Assembly: GCA_000708835.1 (NCBI GenBank)
Contig: DF237063.1
Coordinates: 62,001 to 126,000 of the forward strand
Reading direction: 5' to 3'
From: Klebsormidium nitens
Taxonomy: Eukaryota > Plantae > Klebsormidiophyceae
DNA length: 64,000 bases
Shown here: one piece after another, positions 62,348 to 64,000 of the stretch
Layout of the letters: each line of letters opens with the position of its first letter
Numbering within the stretch: position 1 is the first letter of the stretch
Notes under the pieces: model-generated
Databases searched by the model: none
What the model was told of the DNA's origin: nothing
Seen by the model: only the letters and a program-made list of their open reading frames with translations
Made by a program: the position numbers and the translations under genes

Positions 62348-62378
62348 TCATATATGGCGCCATATATGATTTAATCAT
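62348..62378. repeat. Perfect 22-bp palindrome TCATATATGGCGCCATATATGA, overlapped by the hairpin ATGATT-T-AATCAT
   Basis: Read directly: 62348-62369 equals its own reverse complement. Confidence 0.9.
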
Positions 62379-63807
62379 TGGTACGCATGTAGTTGGAAGA
62401 TAACGACACCTAGTACCATAGCTAGCTCGGCGCGCAATGATGCTGAATTAACTAATTATGTTGACTGCAGTCTTATGGTGAGGTGCGCGCGCATAGCATG
62501 CCGACGTACGTTTCATGATTCACAAGTTATGCATGCATGCTTATTGACTACTAGATACTTGGTATAAGCGCCAGCCAGGCTGGGCATGATCACGTATCTT
62601 CAAGTTAGCTGCAGTGCGCAACTTGGGTACGTCTTCCTATATGCAGCTCTAAACTGAGGCGGCCTCGAATTCATATATAGCTCGCCGGTGCAGCTTGGAT
62701 GCATGTACGTTAGTAGCTAGTTGCCGGCAGCGCGCGCATGCGGAATTATATGCGGCAGCACGTACAACCGATATATGTGTGCAACGGCCGCTCAGCTGGC
62801 ATCGCTGCATGGTGGAATCATGACTTTATAGTAGGGCCGCCTGCATGACTTTTCAGGCCGGTTATTGGGAGCGGCACATGTGCATGCTTGATTGAATACC
62901 GGTTCATGTTGGGATCAAATCGCAGCTGAACAACCATCACTTGTTTGGTATCGTTCATTGCGGCTCACTGGCAGATTCATTCAATTACTCGGCTGGACGC
63001 AGTTCCAAACCAATCACTCACCATTTGGAGCTTTATTCGCTTGCGTAGCCGAAATCAGGGTAAACATAGGAAGCCGGTTGTTTAGTGGTTTGCATGGCGA
63101 GTACGCGGTAGCTTCATCGCCCTTCTTTCATGTTTACCTTACCTATAGCTGATCCAATCGACTCAACTACCGACCTTCATAAAGAAGCACCACCAGGCTC
63201 ATAGCCCTAGGAAGTTTGACTGACCGCTATTCTGCAAGCTATCAATAATTCCTTGTCAATACCATGCAAAACTGATAGCTAGCCTGCAGGATCTCAATAG
63301 GTCTCTTCAATAGCGTAGTCAACCCCAGGCTAAGTTGCATAAATTACATCAAGAAGCTGGCTGAAAACGAAGTGTTTTCCTCAAAGTTTCCAGGACGATC
63401 CGACTCCTCTACAGTGCCTTCTCAAGAGCGTTCTAGACCCCACGTCGTGTCCCTTACTCCACAGGGCAGAGGTGGAAGCTCTAATGTGTTCACCAATGAG
63501 ACACGGAGCCCGCCCGTTCAGACCGCGTCTGTTGCTACGAGTTGTTGTTCAAGTGGCCTCGGCTCCCTTCTTCATTCACGCTCGTCTTTCCCGCCCATTT
63601 GTACCCTTTCTCACCTTAAGCACTCCTTGAGGACTATCAAACATCCCCAAATCCCTAAACGACACGCACAGCAACGCTCGTCGGCTAATAACCCTGGCAT
63701 CACCCATGGCCAACATTAATTTCCAGAACTAAAACAAATTCCTAACCAAGACACTACACAGATTTTATACAGCACCTGCGCCCTTGTCTACCTTTACCTG
63801 CTGGCCT

Positions 63808-64000
63808 TTAACCCGTCGTTTCCGAAAGCGGGGTTGACGCCCGCACCTCGACATACGTCTCCGCGTCCTCCCGCGAGAGCCCGACCTCGACAAGTCCCTG
63901 GACGATGCACGCGCGGTACTTGTCCGAGGGGGAAACGAGGGGCACGTGGCCGCTCGCAATCTCCTCCTGCTCTTGGTGCGAGGCCCTGAACGATTGACGA
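63808..64000 (-). CDS. 3' end of a gene resembling the C-terminal (gamma-glutamylcyclotransferase-like) domain of plant HDA5-type proteins
   Basis: The frame is open from the right edge: ...VPLVSPSDKYRACIVQGLVEVGLSREDAETYVEVRASTPLSETTG*. It resembles the recalled PS..Y...I..GLVE...LS.EEA..YI motif. Confidence 0.5.
   Translation of the reverse strand, partial: RQSFRASHQEQEEIASGHVPLVSPSDKYRACIVQGLVEVGLSREDAETYVEVRASTPLSETTG

Overview
This is eukaryotic, intron-rich nuclear DNA of roughly 50-55% GC (by eye) with GT-AG introns and GC3-rich exons. The proteins are plant-like but divergent, so I infer a streptophyte alga such as Klebsormidium; this is not verified. Most entries in the ORF track are partial exons or antisense noise, so gene models were rebuilt by hand from splice sites and codon phase. 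Gene order: unidentified gene running off the left edge (-), CASP-like protein (-), PCNA (+), FemAB-like/DUF482 GNAT protein (-), F-box protein (+), class-3 lipase (+), orphan secreted protein with a probable GPI anchor (-), a 927-N gap, orphan CCCH zinc-finger gene (-), DCAF8-like WD40 protein (-), AAGAB/p34 (+, with an apparent frameshift), and the 3' end of an HDA5-C-terminus-like gene (-). No intact mobile element, CRISPR array or RNA gene was recognised. The most striking unexplained structure is in the introns: at least 15 introns in 6 unrelated genes carry tandem, decaying copies of the adjacent exon-intron junction ('junction echoes'). Many keep their AG or GT splice dinucleotides, and several differ from the real exon mostly at third codon positions.
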